This document shows, one piece after another, positions 33,748 through 45,801 of a stretch of DNA of 64,000 nucleotides. Where the stretch lies: NCBI GenBank assembly GCA_963820855.1, contig CAWGBY010000009.1, positions 400,034 to 464,033 on the forward strand, written 5' to 3'. The stretch's first letter is position 1. Each line of letters opens with the position of its first letter. This DNA is from an uncultured Acidobacteriota bacterium (lineage in GTDB: Bacteria > Acidobacteriota > Vicinamibacteria > Marinacidobacterales > SMYC01). A program made the translations under genes and the position numbers. The notes beneath the pieces are model-generated. The model was not told the DNA's origin and searched no databases. It saw only the letters and a list, made by a program, of their open reading frames with translations.

Positions 33748-36409
33748 TCAGTTTGCCGTCACCTGCGTGGTTATCGTAGTCATGTTGTTGCTCATATTGG
33801 GATCACCAAGAGAAAAGACGGTTGCGGAATTCGACATGGAACCGGCCACCGTCGGCTGAAAGTGGATGCGTTTCGTGATGCTCGCGCCAGCCGCCATCGA
33901 GCCCAAATTGCAACTTACTTGAGTGGTAGAGGTTGGGGTACAACCCAGTTCGCCCCCCAGGAATCGAAAGGAGGCCGGGTGTATATCCGTGAGCTGGACC
34001 GAAGTGGCAGTCCCGGGACCGTTGTTCCGGACAGTAATCGTGTAGCTCACAACCTGACCTACCGCCACCGGGTCCGGATTGTCACTCTTGGTCACCGAAA
34101 CGTCGGGACCACCGCCCGGTCGTGTCGTTGTCGTGGTGGTCGGAGCGGTAGTTGTCGTGGTGGAGGGGGGGACGGTGGTCGTCGTGGAGGTCGCGACGGT
34201 GGTGGTCGTCGTGGAGGGCGGGACGGTGGTCGTTGTAGAGGTCGGGACGGTGGTCGTCGTGGTAGTCGGCATGCTGACGATCGCGTAGTCTACCTGGAGC
34301 TGGTTTCCCGTCGTGCCGAGGCTGCTTTCGATCCCGATGCCTACCCGGCCCGATGCGAGGTTCGTGTCCGTTCCGCTCCACGCGAGAACGCCGTTGATGT
34401 AGAACTTGAGGCTCGAGCCAGTGGCCACCACCCGAAGCACGTTCCACACGTTTCCCTGGTTGATGGCGGACGAGGCCGTCCACGCTTTGAGCACGGTCGT
34501 ATTGCGGTAAACCGAGAACCTCCCGTTCTGGTTGATCTGGAAACTAATAGCCCTGTGACCACTGATTCAGTGTCACCAGGTTCGGATTTCCCCGGATGAT
34601 GACACGGGAGGCGTCGTTGAGTCCGGTGCCATATCTCCGCAGCCGCACGCTGTAGTCCACGTTCGCGAAGTCCTGCGGGTAGCTCACCGACGCGTTCGAA
34701 CCGACGATACCCGTGCTGTGCAGGAACTTGGAAGACATGTTCGACCAGACACCGGAGTGCACTTGCCACGGCACTGTGGTTCCGTTGAACTGCGAATTGA
34801 ATCCGTCCAGTGCCACCACGTTGAACGCTCTGGTGGCGCTCCACGGACTTGACCCGCCTGAATTCGACGCCCGGACCCGGAAGTTGTGCGCCCCGAGCGC
34901 GAGAGCTGGAGCGGGCGTCGCCGAGCACACCGCGCCCGTCGCGCAACCGGCGGCGGTGGGGGAATAGCTCTGGGTGTAGACTTTCGCGGTACCTATCTGA
35001 ACCCGGAGTTGATAACTGGTGGCGCCAGCCACTGGATTCCACCGAAACGTGGGGGTGGTATCTGTGATGTCGCCTGTAGGCGAGAGCGTCGTCGGCGCTG
35101 CCGGCGGAAGTGGGTCCGGTGGCGGCGGCGGGGCCGCTTCGGTGCGGAAGTTCGCCACCGTCGTCCGCGTAGCGTCGAGCGAGAGGCGCTCGTTCGCCGG
35201 TCCGTCCGGGCTGGTGCTGGATGCCGCGCCCGGTACGCCCAGGGGGTCTCCGGTATGAGTCCTCGCCGGATCCGAGAAGTACATCAAACGGTTACAGCCG
35301 AAGCCGGCGGCAGCGCACTCGTCGTTGTAGGCCATCACCGTTCGCCAGCGCTTGTTCGTGGCGGCACCCGGGGCGAGTGCGGCCTGGTTCACGTACCCGT
35401 GGCTGTAAGAGAAGGGAGAGTTCGACAGGTTGACATACCGGTCGTGCTGCAGGCCCATGTTGTGCCCCATCTCGTGAGCGAAGCTGAGGTTGGGCGTAAC
35501 GCAGCTCCGCCTCGTGACCGCGAAAGCGAAGCTCGCGAAAGAGCTCGAGACGCTGTCCATCACGTAGCCGATGCCGCAGGAGCCGCCGCCCTCCACGATG
35601 AGGTGAACGAGATCGGCCCTGGTTCCGTCGCGGAGCGCATGCACCTGGTCCATGTGGCCGTCGGAAGTCATGCGAAAGCGGTTGAGATCGTCGCCCATGT
35701 CGCCGGACTCGGTGTACGCGAGCTCGGCCGTTCCGGCGAGGCGCACCCGCTGGATGACGCCGGAGTTGGCGTAGGCCTGGTTGGTCTCGGCGATGCCCAG
35801 GTTGATGAGCGCCTGCATGGCGGCCGTGCCTCCGGCGCCGGCACGCGCCGCAGGGGTGTAGGCGACGAGGACGTCGATGAGAGAACCATCGTCGGCCGCG
35901 GCCGCAACGGCTGCCGTTCCCATTGCATCGAGCTCGACCCCGGGGTCCAGAGGCTCGTCCTCGGAGGGCAGGAGGAGCGGGTCGATCTCTTGCACCTCGT
36001 GAATGCCGCCGCCTGCGAACCGGATCTGAAAGAGCTTTCCTCCTCCGCGGATGGTCCCGGCGACGATCCCGTTCTGCACGACGAGAAGCGCCTCGCCTTC
36101 ATCGCGGCCTTCGAGCCGGCCGAAATAGACCGTATGGGTCCGCAGGGCGTCGATACGCTCGATCCGAGCCCGGAGCGCGCGATCCGGGAAAAGGTTCAGG
36201 TCGAGGACCGCCGCTTCGGCGCCCTCGCGAAGGTTCCGGGAGCTCACCCGGACGAAGCGGCTTCTCGTGACCGCCTCATCGGCCCTGTCCGGCTCACCCG
36301 GCACGGCCGAATCGATGAAAATCGGGCGGCGCTGTGCGAGGACCGCGGGCGGGCCTGAAAGCAAAGACACGAGCAGAAGGAACCAGAGTTGGAACCGCGG
36401 GGTTTTCAT
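33748..36409 (-). CDS. Secreted metzincin (reprolysin-like/peptidyl-Asp type) peptidase with FN3-like, beta-sandwich, Thr-rich and DUF11 domains (indel near 34546)
   Basis: Signal peptide from ATG 36409; HEMGHNMGLQH and TVMAY Met-turn; PTFRW FN3-like; removing one T in TATTAGTTT joins the two ORFs (QGYSFQINQNG); C-terminal DVSVTK..PDPV..YTITVRNNGP..D..NN. Confidence 0.85.
34121..34270 (-). repeat. Coding tandem repeat for a Thr-rich mucin-like linker
   Basis: Imperfect 24-27 bp units encoding PTTTTTTVPTSTTTTVPPSTTTTTVATSTTTTVPPSTTTTTAPTTTTTT. Confidence 0.9.
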
Positions 36410-36562
36410 GGTTTCAAGTCTTTCGTTTTCCGCCCCCTCAGTCTGTGAGAAGGTCTGTTGGGCGATCCCCCGGAGTAAATGTGGGCAAAGCCCTACATGG
36501 TTTTCCTTAAGGAGACGCAAGTCGGGGATTATAGCAAGTGCGCCTATTATAATGAGGTGGTC

Positions 36563-38209
36563 GTGAGCAGGATTCTACAGGCCCGGGCCCGCAGGCGTTT
36601 GGCCGCAGAGATCGGGACCATCCGCAAACCGCACGGGACCTTGCTGCGCGTGGCGCTCGCCTACCCGAACCGCTATTACATCGGGATGTCGAACGTCGGC
36701 TTCCAGGCGGTGTACAAGTTCTGGAACGAGCTGCCGGACGTCGTCTGCGAACGGGTGTTCCTCCCCGACGCGGAGGAGCTCCGCGAGTACCAGAGGACGG
36801 GCCTTCCTCTCCTGACGCTCGAATCGCAGGTCCCGGTCTCCGACTTCGACGTTCTCGCGTTCTCCATCACCTTCGAGCCCGACGAGCTGAACCTGGTGCG
36901 GATGCTCGAGCTCGCGCGGATCCCCCCGCTCGCCCGCGATCGCGGCGAATCACATCCTCTGGTCGTGGCCGGGGGTCCGATTACTTTCCTGAATCCCGAG
37001 CCCATGGCTCCGTTTCTCGACGTCGTTGCGATCGGAGAAGCCGAAGCTCTTCTTCCTTCTCTTACCGAGGCCCTCCGCAGCCGGCTTTCCCGCGCCGAGC
37101 TCCTGCAGTCTCTGGCCGCGGAGGAAGGATTCTACGTCCCTTCGGCCGAACGTGACGGTCGGGTCGTGCGCGCCAAGATGGGAAGACGGGCCGGGCTTTC
37201 TCCACCCGCGACATACGTCCTGACCTCCGACACGGAGATGTCCGGAAAGTTTCTGGTCGAGGTGTCCCGGGGCTGTCCGACGCTTTGCAGCTTCTGCTGG
37301 GCGGGCTACAACTACCTTCCCAAACGCTCCTTCGAGGTCGACCGCATTCTGGACGCGGCGCGAACGGCGCGTGAGCACACCTCGGACATCGGCCTGGTCT
37401 CGACGGCGGTCGGCGCGCATCCGGAGATCGTGCCTCTCCTCGAAGCGCTGAAGGAGCTGAAGTTTCGCATCAGCGTTTCGTCGCTCCGGTTCGAGGATCT
37501 GAGGGCCGAGCTTCTCGAGCCGCTTTCCGCAAGCGGCGAAAGGACGCTCGCTGTCGCGCCGGAGGTGGGAACCGACCGTCTGCGCTTCGCGATCCACAAG
37601 CGCATCTCGAACGAGGAAATCTTCGAGAAGACGGATCTCATTCTGTCGCGAGGCATCGAGAACCTGAAGCTCTACCTCATGGTCGGCCTTCCCACGGAGG
37701 GCGAGGAAGACCTGGACGGAATGATCGATCTCGTCGAGCGGATCCGGGAAATCCTCCTCGTGCACGGACGGGCGCGGGGCCGCCTCGGACGAATCATACC
37801 GAGCGTCAACCCCTTCATCCCGAAGCCCGGAACGCCGTTCCAGCGGCACCCGATGGATAGCACCGCCGACCTCACGCGGAAGATGCGCAAGCTCGAACGA
37901 GCTTTCGCGCGGATGCCGAACGTCGAAGCGCATTTCAAATCGCCCCGCCAGGAGAAGCTCCAGGCGCTCCTTTCGGTGGGCGATCGAAGGCTCGCGCCGG
38001 TCCTGATCCGCATGGCCCGGGGCGAGGCGGACTTGCGGCGCGCGATGAAAGAGGAAGGTCTCGATCTCGATTCCTATATCCACCGCCAGAAGCCGCGGGA
38101 CGAAGTGCTTCCCTGGGCCCACATCGACAACGGAATGAAGCCGGAGCTCCTCGATCGGCAGTACGAAAAGGCTCTGAGCTCGGTCTCTCCGGCGCTCAGC
38201 CTCGCTTGA
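36563..38209 (+). CDS. Radical SAM protein (TIGR03960-like family)
   Basis: YPNRYYIGMSNVG, EVSRGCPTLCSFC (CxxxCxxC), LKLYLMVGLPTE, PFIPKPGTPF, LPWAHID; TATAAT at 36548 upstream. Confidence 0.88.
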   Translation: MSRILQARARRRLAAEIGTIRKPHGTLLRVALAYPNRYYIGMSNVGFQAVYKFWNELPDVVCERVFLPDAEELREYQRTGLPLLTLESQVPVSDFDVLAFSITFEPDELNLVRMLELARIPPLARDRGESHPLVVAGGPITFLNPEPMAPFLDVVAIGEAEALLPSLTEALRSRLSRAELLQSLAAEEGFYVPSAERDGRVVRAKMGRRAGLSPPATYVLTSDTEMSGKFLVEVSRGCPTLCSFCWAGYNYLPKRSFEVDRILDAARTAREHTSDIGLVSTAVGAHPEIVPLLEALKELKFRISVSSLRFEDLRAELLEPLSASGERTLAVAPEVGTDRLRFAIHKRISNEEIFEKTDLILSRGIENLKLYLMVGLPTEGEEDLDGMIDLVERIREILLVHGRARGRLGRIIPSVNPFIPKPGTPFQRHPMDSTADLTRKMRKLERAFARMPNVEAHFKSPRQEKLQALLSVGDRRLAPVLIRMARGEADLRRAMKEEGLDLDSYIHRQKPRDEVLPWAHIDNGMKPELLDRQYEKALSSVSPALSLA

Positions 38210-38953
38210 AAGAGCCTTCCGTTCGAGTCGCCGCCCTCGAAGGGCTCGAGCTGCTTCAGTTCCCAGCTCTTCGCGAAGCGGGCGTCCCCCATGGATTCAC
38301 CCTCCGGACGGGCGGGTTCGGGGCTCGCGGCAGAGGCGAGGCGGACCGTCAGAAGCTCGCGCCCGCCCTCGGTCTTTCGCGGCTCGCCTCGATGCGGCAG
38401 GTGCACGGGAATGAAATCCGCGTGCTCGAGGCAAACGGAGCGCACGGGGGCGAGCACTGCGATGGGCTTCTGACCGATCAAATCGGTGTCGGTCTCGTCG
38501 TCGAGAGCGCGGACTGCGTGCCGCTCCTCTTCTGGGCGCCGAAAGCGAGGGCCGCCGCCGCCGTTCACGCGGGCTGGCGCGGAACGCTCGCCCGCATCGC
38601 GGCCCGAGCGGTCTCGAGCCTGCACGATGTTTATCGCGCGGAAAGCGACGACCTCGTCGTCGCGATCGGTCCCGCGATCCGGGCCTGCTGCTATGAAGTC
38701 GGGGACGAGGTGATCGCTTCTTTCTCCGAGGACGGCCGCGACGTCGACCGGATCTCCCGGCCCGGCCCTCGCGGCCGCCGCCACCTCGACCTCGCGGAGG
38801 AAAACCGATCGCAGCTCGCCGCGTCCGGGGTCTCCCTCGAGCGGGTATACGACAGCGGCGTCTGCACCCGCTGTCGAGAGCGATCGCTTCTATTCCTTCC
38901 GGGGGGAGGGAGAAGGCGTCGGGCGGATTTTCGGAGTCATCGGCCTCTTGTAG
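38206..38953 (+). CDS. pgeF: Peptidoglycan editing factor / purine nucleoside phosphorylase (YfiH family), indel near 38880
   Basis: HGFTLR, QVHG, ADCVP, HAGWRG, GPAI..CYEV, CT.C, then FYSFR..GR in the shifted frame. Confidence 0.9.
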
Positions 38954-38963
38954 ACTACGGAGC

Positions 38964-40815
38964 ATGAAACGGCGGGAGTTCCTGGTAGCCGCGCCTCTCG
39001 CCGCGTACGGGCTCACCCGGGTCGCCTCCAGAAGCGGGCTATCGAAACTCGAAGCCTTCGACTACGAAGGCGTGCGGCTCCTTCCGAGCCGATGGCAATC
39101 TCAAGTTCAGGCGGGCCGCGATTTCTACGCTCGCGTCGACGACGACGATATCCTCCATGGTTTCCGCGCGGCCGCGGGCAGGAACGCGCCGGGAAAGCCG
39201 CTCGGCGGATGGTGCGGGATCGACAGCAGCACCGTCTTCGGTCAGTGGCTGAGCGGGATGTCGCGGCTTTCGAGAGCGACCGGGGATGGGGCGCTCCGTG
39301 AGAAAGCCGTTCGGCTCTTCAACGCATGGGTCGAGACGCTACCATCCGATGACGATGCCCGCATGGGGCACTACCGCTTCGACAAGCTCGTGGGAGGCCT
39401 CGTCGACCTCTCGCTCTACGCGGGAGAGAGCTCCGCCGAAGACGTCCTTTCCCGTGTCACCGTGAAGGCCACGAAGAGTCTCGAGCGGCCTGAGAACCCG
39501 CGTCAGGCGCTCGCGGATCCATCGCACAACCAGCGCTACTACGGGGCCCCGCAAGAGTGGTACACGCTCTCCGAGAATCTCTATCGCGCCTTCCGGCTCA
39601 CCTCGGAGCCGCTCTTCCGCGATTTCGCCTCTGAGTGGCTCTATTCCGCGTACTGGGGCAAGTTCCGTAACTCCTCCTCGCCGCCGGACGCTCACGGCGT
39701 CCATGCCTACAGCCACGTGAACACGTTCTCGAGCGCGGCTTCGGCCTACGAGACGACGGGGGACCCCTCGTATCTCGCGACGATCCGGAATGCCTTCGAG
39801 TACTCTGACGAAACACCAGTTGTTCGCGACGGGCGGGTACGGTCCGAACGAACGGTTCATGGCTCTCGACGGAAGCCTCGGGAAGTCGCTCGAGACGCGC
39901 TCCGATACCTTCGAGACGTCCTGCGGGTCCTGGGCCGGCTTCAAGCTGTGCCGCTATCTCCTCGGCTTCACGGGAGAGGCGCGCTACGGCGACTGGATCG
40001 AGCGCCTCCTCTATAACGGCGTCGGCGCGGCGCTTCCGATTCGAGATGAAGGACGGACTTTCTATTACGGGGACTATCGTCTCGGCGGCGGAATGAAAGT
40101 CTACAACTGGGACACCTACACCTGCTGTTCCGGGACGTACATCCAGAACCTCGCCGAGTACCACAACCTCATCTACTTCAAGGATGCGGACGGGCTCTTC
40201 GTGAACCTCTACGTTCCCTCGGAAGTGACGTGGAACGGAGTGACGCTCACCCAGGAGACCCGGTATCCCGACGTCGAGACGACGGCGCTCACGCTCGCGG
40301 CCGATGGACCAAAGTCGTTCTCCCTTCGGTTCCGCGTGCCCGCATGGACCCGCGGGCTTCTCAGTGCGAGTGAACGGGGAGGACGCCCGCGTCGACGCCG
40401 TCCCCGGTTCCTGGGCCGCATTGCATCGAACGTGGTCGCCGGGAGATCGCATCGAGATCCGAATCCCGCTCACGCTGCGGATGGAGCCGGTCGACCTGTA
40501 TCACCCCAACCGGGTCGCGGTGGTGCGCGGTCCCGCGGTGTTCGTCCTCGAGGGCGCGTATCACGATCCGGCGTTCGCGCTCCCGATGCGCGACGAGGAG
40601 CTCGAGCGCTGGCTCGTGCCAGAGGAGGGGAGCCTTCCTCGCGGCGATCTGGTCGACGGGGCTTGCCGGAGGCCGAGTACCCGACGAGCCTCCGCGTCGC
40701 GCCTCCCGACGGGCGCTCGGTTCGGCTCCGCTTCCGCCCCTTCTACGAAGTCGGGGAGAACTATCCCTACTTCATGTACTTCGATCGCGACGCGCTGCCC
40801 TGGCGCCTATGGTGA
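38964..40815 (+). CDS. GH127/GH146-like beta-L-arabinofuranosidase with Tat-like signal (several indels)
   Basis: MKRREFL signal; GGW, FGQWLSG, HAYSH, ETSC, ERLLYN, CCSGT, LFVNLYVPS, RFRVPAW, RGP motifs. Confidence 0.8.
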
Positions 40816-42714
40816 TCGCGCCGCGCGGAAGGGCGAACGCCATGAGCTTCGCGTCCTCGCCCTGGCCCTTCGACGTTCCGACGACGACGATCTGTCTTCC
40901 CGACGGAGATCGGTAGGTCATCGGGCTTCCGAATCCGCCTCCTCCGCCGAGCTCCGTTCGAAAGAGGAGCTCGCCGTTCGTCTTGTCGAAGACATAGAGG
41001 TAGGGGCTCGCGCTCGCGATGAAGAGAAGTCCTCCCGCGGTCACCAGGGGACCGGACTGCCCGTGCTGTGGCGGGGCCTCTCCGGTCTGCGGAATCTCGA
41101 CGCCCTGGAGGAGCGGATGGCTCCGAAGCGACGGCATGTCTCCGAACGGCACCTGCCAGGCGTGCTCGCCGCGGTTCAAATCGATCGCCGTCAGCGTGGC
41201 GTACGGGGGCTTATGGATGGGAATCCCATCGATCTCGAGAGGCGGCGCTCCGGCGATGACGTAGTCGGCGTCGGCGCTTCCGGGCTCGGGCAGGCCCGAG
41301 CTTGAACACGAACGGCCACTCGATACTCCTCACGTAAAGGAGCCCGGTCTCCGGGTCGAACGCGGCGCCGCCCCAGTTCGCGCCGCCCCAGACGCCGGGG
41401 AGAATCACCGTGCCCTCGAGCGTCGGCGCGTCGAACATCGAGCCGAAGCGATAGCCTTCCATCGCTTTCCGCGCCTTCGCCTTGAGCTCGGGGGTGAAGT
41501 CGACGAGATCGTTCTCCGTGAACGCCTGCCGGATGAAGGGCGGCGGCTTCGTGGGATAGGGCTGCGTCTTCGCCAGGCGCTCTCCCGGCACCGAGCTCGC
41601 GGGAACGGGCCGCTCCTCGATGGGCCAGACCGGCTCTCCGGTGACGCGGTCGAACACGTAGGTGAAGCCGGTCTTCGCCACGACGGCGACGGCGTCGATG
41701 CGCTTGCCCTCGACCTCGATTTCGACCAGGTTCGGGGGCGCGGGAAGATCGTAGTCCCAGACTCCGTGGTGAACGGTCTGAAAGTGCCACACGCGTCTTC
41801 CCGTACGGGCATCGAGGCAGACGATCGACTCCGCGAACAGGTTGTCGCCTTTGCGGTGGCCGCCGTAGAAGTCGTTGTTGGGCGTCCCGATCGGGAGGTA
41901 GACCAGGCCCCGCTTCTCGTCGATCGAGAACGGACCCCACACGTTCGTCGATCCGGTGTAGGACCAGGACTCGTCTTCCCACGTTTCGTTTCCCGCCTCG
42001 CCCTTCTGGGGAACGGTGTGGAAGCTCCAGACTCTCTCGCCGGTCCGGACGTCGAAGGCCTGGACGTCTCCGGGCGGGTTCTTCGTGATAGACCCGGTTG
42101 TCCGGCATTCCGCTTCCGGTGATCACCAGGTTCTCGAAGACGAGCGGAGGCGACGTATGGGTGAAATGGAGCCGGTTCACTTCCCAGACCAAACCTTCCG
42201 TCAGATCGACTTCGCCGCGCTGTCCGAAGGTCGTGACGGGCTCGCCCGTGCGGCCGTCGAGAGCGATGAGTCTCCAACGGGTGTTGATGAAGACGCGGAC
42301 GTCCGCGCCGTCGGTCCAGACGGCGACCCCACGATGGCAGAAGCCGCATCCCCGCGGGAGCGGCCCCCAGTCGTACGCGCGAGGATCGTACCGCCACTTC
42401 TCCGCGCCCGTTTCCGCGTCGAGCGCCGCCACCTGGGTGAACGAGGTCGTGATGTAGAGGGTGTCGCCGACGAGAACCGGCGTCCCCTGAAACTTTCCGG
42501 GCGCGAGAGCCCTTCCCGGGAACGTCGTCGCCGACGCGGCAATGGGCTCTTCCCGCGCCTCCCAGGTCCAGGCGAGCTCGAGCCGTGACACGTTCTCGCG
42601 GTTGATGTCGGTCAAACGCGAATACTTTGCCGCGCCGAGGTCTCCGTCGTGGGTAGGCCACTCCTGGGCCGCGGCGAGGAAAACGAGCGCAATGAGTGTC
42701 GAAGGGCTTGTCAC
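40772..42714 (-). CDS. PQQ-dependent (glucose/quinate-type) dehydrogenase, several indels, 3' end approximate
   Basis: WP..GD...[69 protein letters not shown]. Confidence 0.88.
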
Positions 42715-42723
42715 GCGGGCATT

Positions 42724-44218
42724 CTAGGGAATCGCCGAATCCGGAGCAACGCGCGAAAGCGGCTCCAGATCGAAGAGGTAGTAGTCGTCGAGCATGTAGG
42801 CCCGGCAGCAGTCGTCGAGGACTTGGAAGAGCGGCTTTTCCGACCGCTCGCGGTAGGGCTGCTGCGGCACCACGAAGTAGCGATACGGCACGCCTCCACG
42901 GAGGGCTTCTTCGAAGAGCGAGAGGCGATTGACTCGATCGAGGATCGCCCGGTCGGCGTAGTACGCGTCGCGGGCGTCGATGGGGTTCAGCAAGAGCACC
43001 CCTTCCTCGGGCTTCGTGAGCTCGTTGAGCTTACGGCCGAGGACGACTTCCTCTTTCGGAAGCGCTTCCACGCGGCGGATCCCCGAGATCAGGAGAAAGG
43101 CGGAGAACGCCGTCGCCGCCCCGATGAGGAAGGGCCTTCTCCGCCTCCCCAGAGCGTTCGCGATCGAAACGAGCCCCGACGCCGCCGCGAGCGCGACGCC
43201 CGGACCGAGATAAAGAGACCAGTAATCATGAACGAAGGCCCCCAGAGGGAACAGAACGATGTGCGCGACTCCCCAGAGCAGCAGGATCGAGAGAGCGGCC
43301 GGACCTCTTCGTGACCACGCGACTCCGGCTCCGAGGACAGCGAGGGAGAGCAGAGGGATGGTGAACAATCCGCGGAACGTGTTTCCCATTTGCAGAAGCC
43401 ACGACGGGACTCCGGGCGCTTCGATGGGACGGCCCGGGATCCGGTCGGGAGGGACCCGGACTCCCGTCCAGAACAGGAACGAATCGACGGGCGTCGCCTT
43501 CAGGTATTGATTCTGTGAATTCGGGGCCACGAAGCGCGCGTAGAGCAGGAAACCCGCGAGGAGAAAGAGCGAGCCCGCGAGAAGTCCTGCGCTCCATTTT
43601 TTCAGGCCCTTCATCTCTCCGCGGAAGAACCACGCGTGGACCGCGATGAGAAACGCGAGATAGTGAATGGGCCAATCGAACGCGGCGCCGAGAACGAGAG
43701 CGGCGGCGCCGAGAAGAAAACGCCGCTCCTCGTAGGCGAGGAGAAGCAGCAGCCCGAAAAAGGTGACGGGCGGGCCCTGCGGATCGACGTGCGCTCCGTA
43801 GAGCGTCTCGAGAGGCAGGAAAGAAAAGAACGCAGCCGCGACGAGTGCGACCTCCCGGGAGTAGACCTTCTCCGCGAGCCGGTAGAGGAGAAAAATCGAG
43901 CCCAGACTGAAGAGGAGTGGCACCAGTCGCGCGGCCCATTCGCGCTCGCCGAAGAGCGCGAAGGACAAGCGAGAGCGCGAGCCCGATGCCCGGCGGGTGC
44001 GTGAGGTAGTACCGACGGTTCTCGGGCGGCACGGTGCCGGTGCTGACGACCGGGGCGAAGCGGGTTTCGACGTAGCCGTACCGCGCGTAGTTGCGCGCGA
44101 TATTGCTGTAGAAAGCGCCGCCCCAGCCGTTATGATCGCCGTGGCTCCAGGGGTCGGCGATGCCGCGGCTCCGCGCGACCGCGGCGAGCACCAGAATGAC
44201 GAGAAGAATGCGATTCAC
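42724..44218 (-). CDS. GT-C (ArnT/PMT-like) membrane glycosyltransferase (indel near 43970)
   Basis: YSNIARNY, YLTHPP, LFGEREWAARL, multiple TM helices, periplasmic C-terminal domain. Confidence 0.75.
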
Positions 44219-44241
44219 GGCGGAGTAGCTTCCCGGGACGA

Positions 44242-45733
44242 ATGACGCGCTTGTTGAAATGGACCCTTCCGCTGCTCCTCGCCGCGGCCCTCCGCTTCTG
44301 GTCGCTCGATTTCGGGCTCGAAATCGAGCGGGTCCGGCCGGACGAAGAGTTCGTCGTAGGGAACGCCGTGAGGATTCTCGAGTCTTCGGATCCGAATCCT
44401 CATTTCTTCCACTATCCGAGTTTCCTCATGTATTTCGACGCGGCCCTGATCCGCGTCGCCGGACCCGCCGTGGAGCCTCGTCTCGTCGGCCGTGTCGTCT
44501 CGGTCGTCTGCGGCGTCGGAACGGTTCTCCTTCTCGGGTTTCTCGGGTCGAAGATATTTTCAGCCCAGGTCGGCTTCCTGGCTGCCCTCTTCATCGCGGT
44601 CGCCTATGCGCACGTCCGGGATTCCCATTTCGCGACGACGGACATTCCGTTTCTGTTCCTCGTGACCGCGAGCATCGCCGCGGCGGTCGAAGGCCGTCTC
44701 CGGCGGAGGCTCTCGCTCTTCCGGCTCGCGACGCTCCTCGCGGGTCTCGCGGCTTCGACGAAATACCCCGGGGTTCTCGCACTCGTGCCCGTCCTCTTTC
44801 TGGGTGCCGGGCTTCCGGGTGCTTCACTCCGAGAGAAAGCGCGTGAGGTGTCTGATCGGAACCGGCCTTTTCATCGCCGCCTTCGCCCTCACCTCGCCCT
44901 TCGTTCTACTCGACCCCGGAGGCGCGCGCCAGAGCCTCACGGAGCTTTTCCACGAGATGTGGGGCGCCAGTAGCCTTTCTTCTCGAGACCCGCTTCATCC
45001 CCTCACCTTCTCGCTCCGCTACGGCCTCGGGTTGCCTTTGCTCTCGCTCGGACTACTCGGAATGGCCGCAGTTGTCTTTCCGCGAGACGTCGAGAGCCGG
45101 TGGAAGGGTCATCTGGTGGTGCTGTGGTTCGCGACATTCTATGCCGTGGCCGCGGTCACACCAACCAGGTTCGCGCGCTACTCCCTTCCGACCGTGCCCC
45201 CTCTTTGTCTCGGCGCGGCGGCCTTCGTCAACTCCCTCCCCACGCGACGGCTCGCGAAACTCGGTCTCGCTCTCGTGGCGCTCGGCCCGCCTCTGTACGA
45301 TTCCGTCTCCTTCGACCGCGTGCTGGGTCGTGAGGACACGCGCGCCCAGGCGTCCGCGTGGATCGAGGAGCACCTCGCCTCTGGCACGCCCATCATGGTC
45401 TCGGAGGGTTACGGCGCTCCGCGGATTCCTCCGGGATACCCGGTTCGGAAGGTGCGCTTCCGGCTGGGAGCGGTCCGTGAGGGGGAGAGGGCGGGATTCA
45501 CCCATCTCGTCACCCATGAGCACCCGGCCCTCTACCGCTACTCGCGAATCGACGAGAGCCTCGAAAAGCGCCTGGAGTCGGCGGCGCTTCTCGCGCGGTT
45601 CGACCCGATTCGAGAGGGAGAATCACCGCCGCTCTATGACGAGCTCGACGCGTTCTATCTCCCCTACGAGCGGCCCGGCAGCGTCGAGCGCCCTGGCCCC
45701 GTGGTTTCGATATGGCGACTCGCTCGCGAGTAG
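44242..45733 (+). CDS. GT-C (PMT/ArnT-like) membrane glycosyltransferase (indel near 44845)
   Basis: LRFW..RPDE acidic motif, NPHFFHYPS, HFATTD, ASTKY, RY.LP, DTR..A..WI. Confidence 0.8.
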
Positions 45734-45801
45734 GAACAACTTCACCTACCAGCCGAACGTCCACGCTGAGGCACAAGGCCCCCCGACTCACGCCTGTGAA
45801 A

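Noticed and set aside
36410-36560. Riboswitch in the peptidase/radical SAM divergent region
   Set aside because: A GCAAAGCC-like word is present but no complete c-di-GMP or other aptamer architecture was recognisable; divergent TATAAT boxes explain the AT-rich tract.
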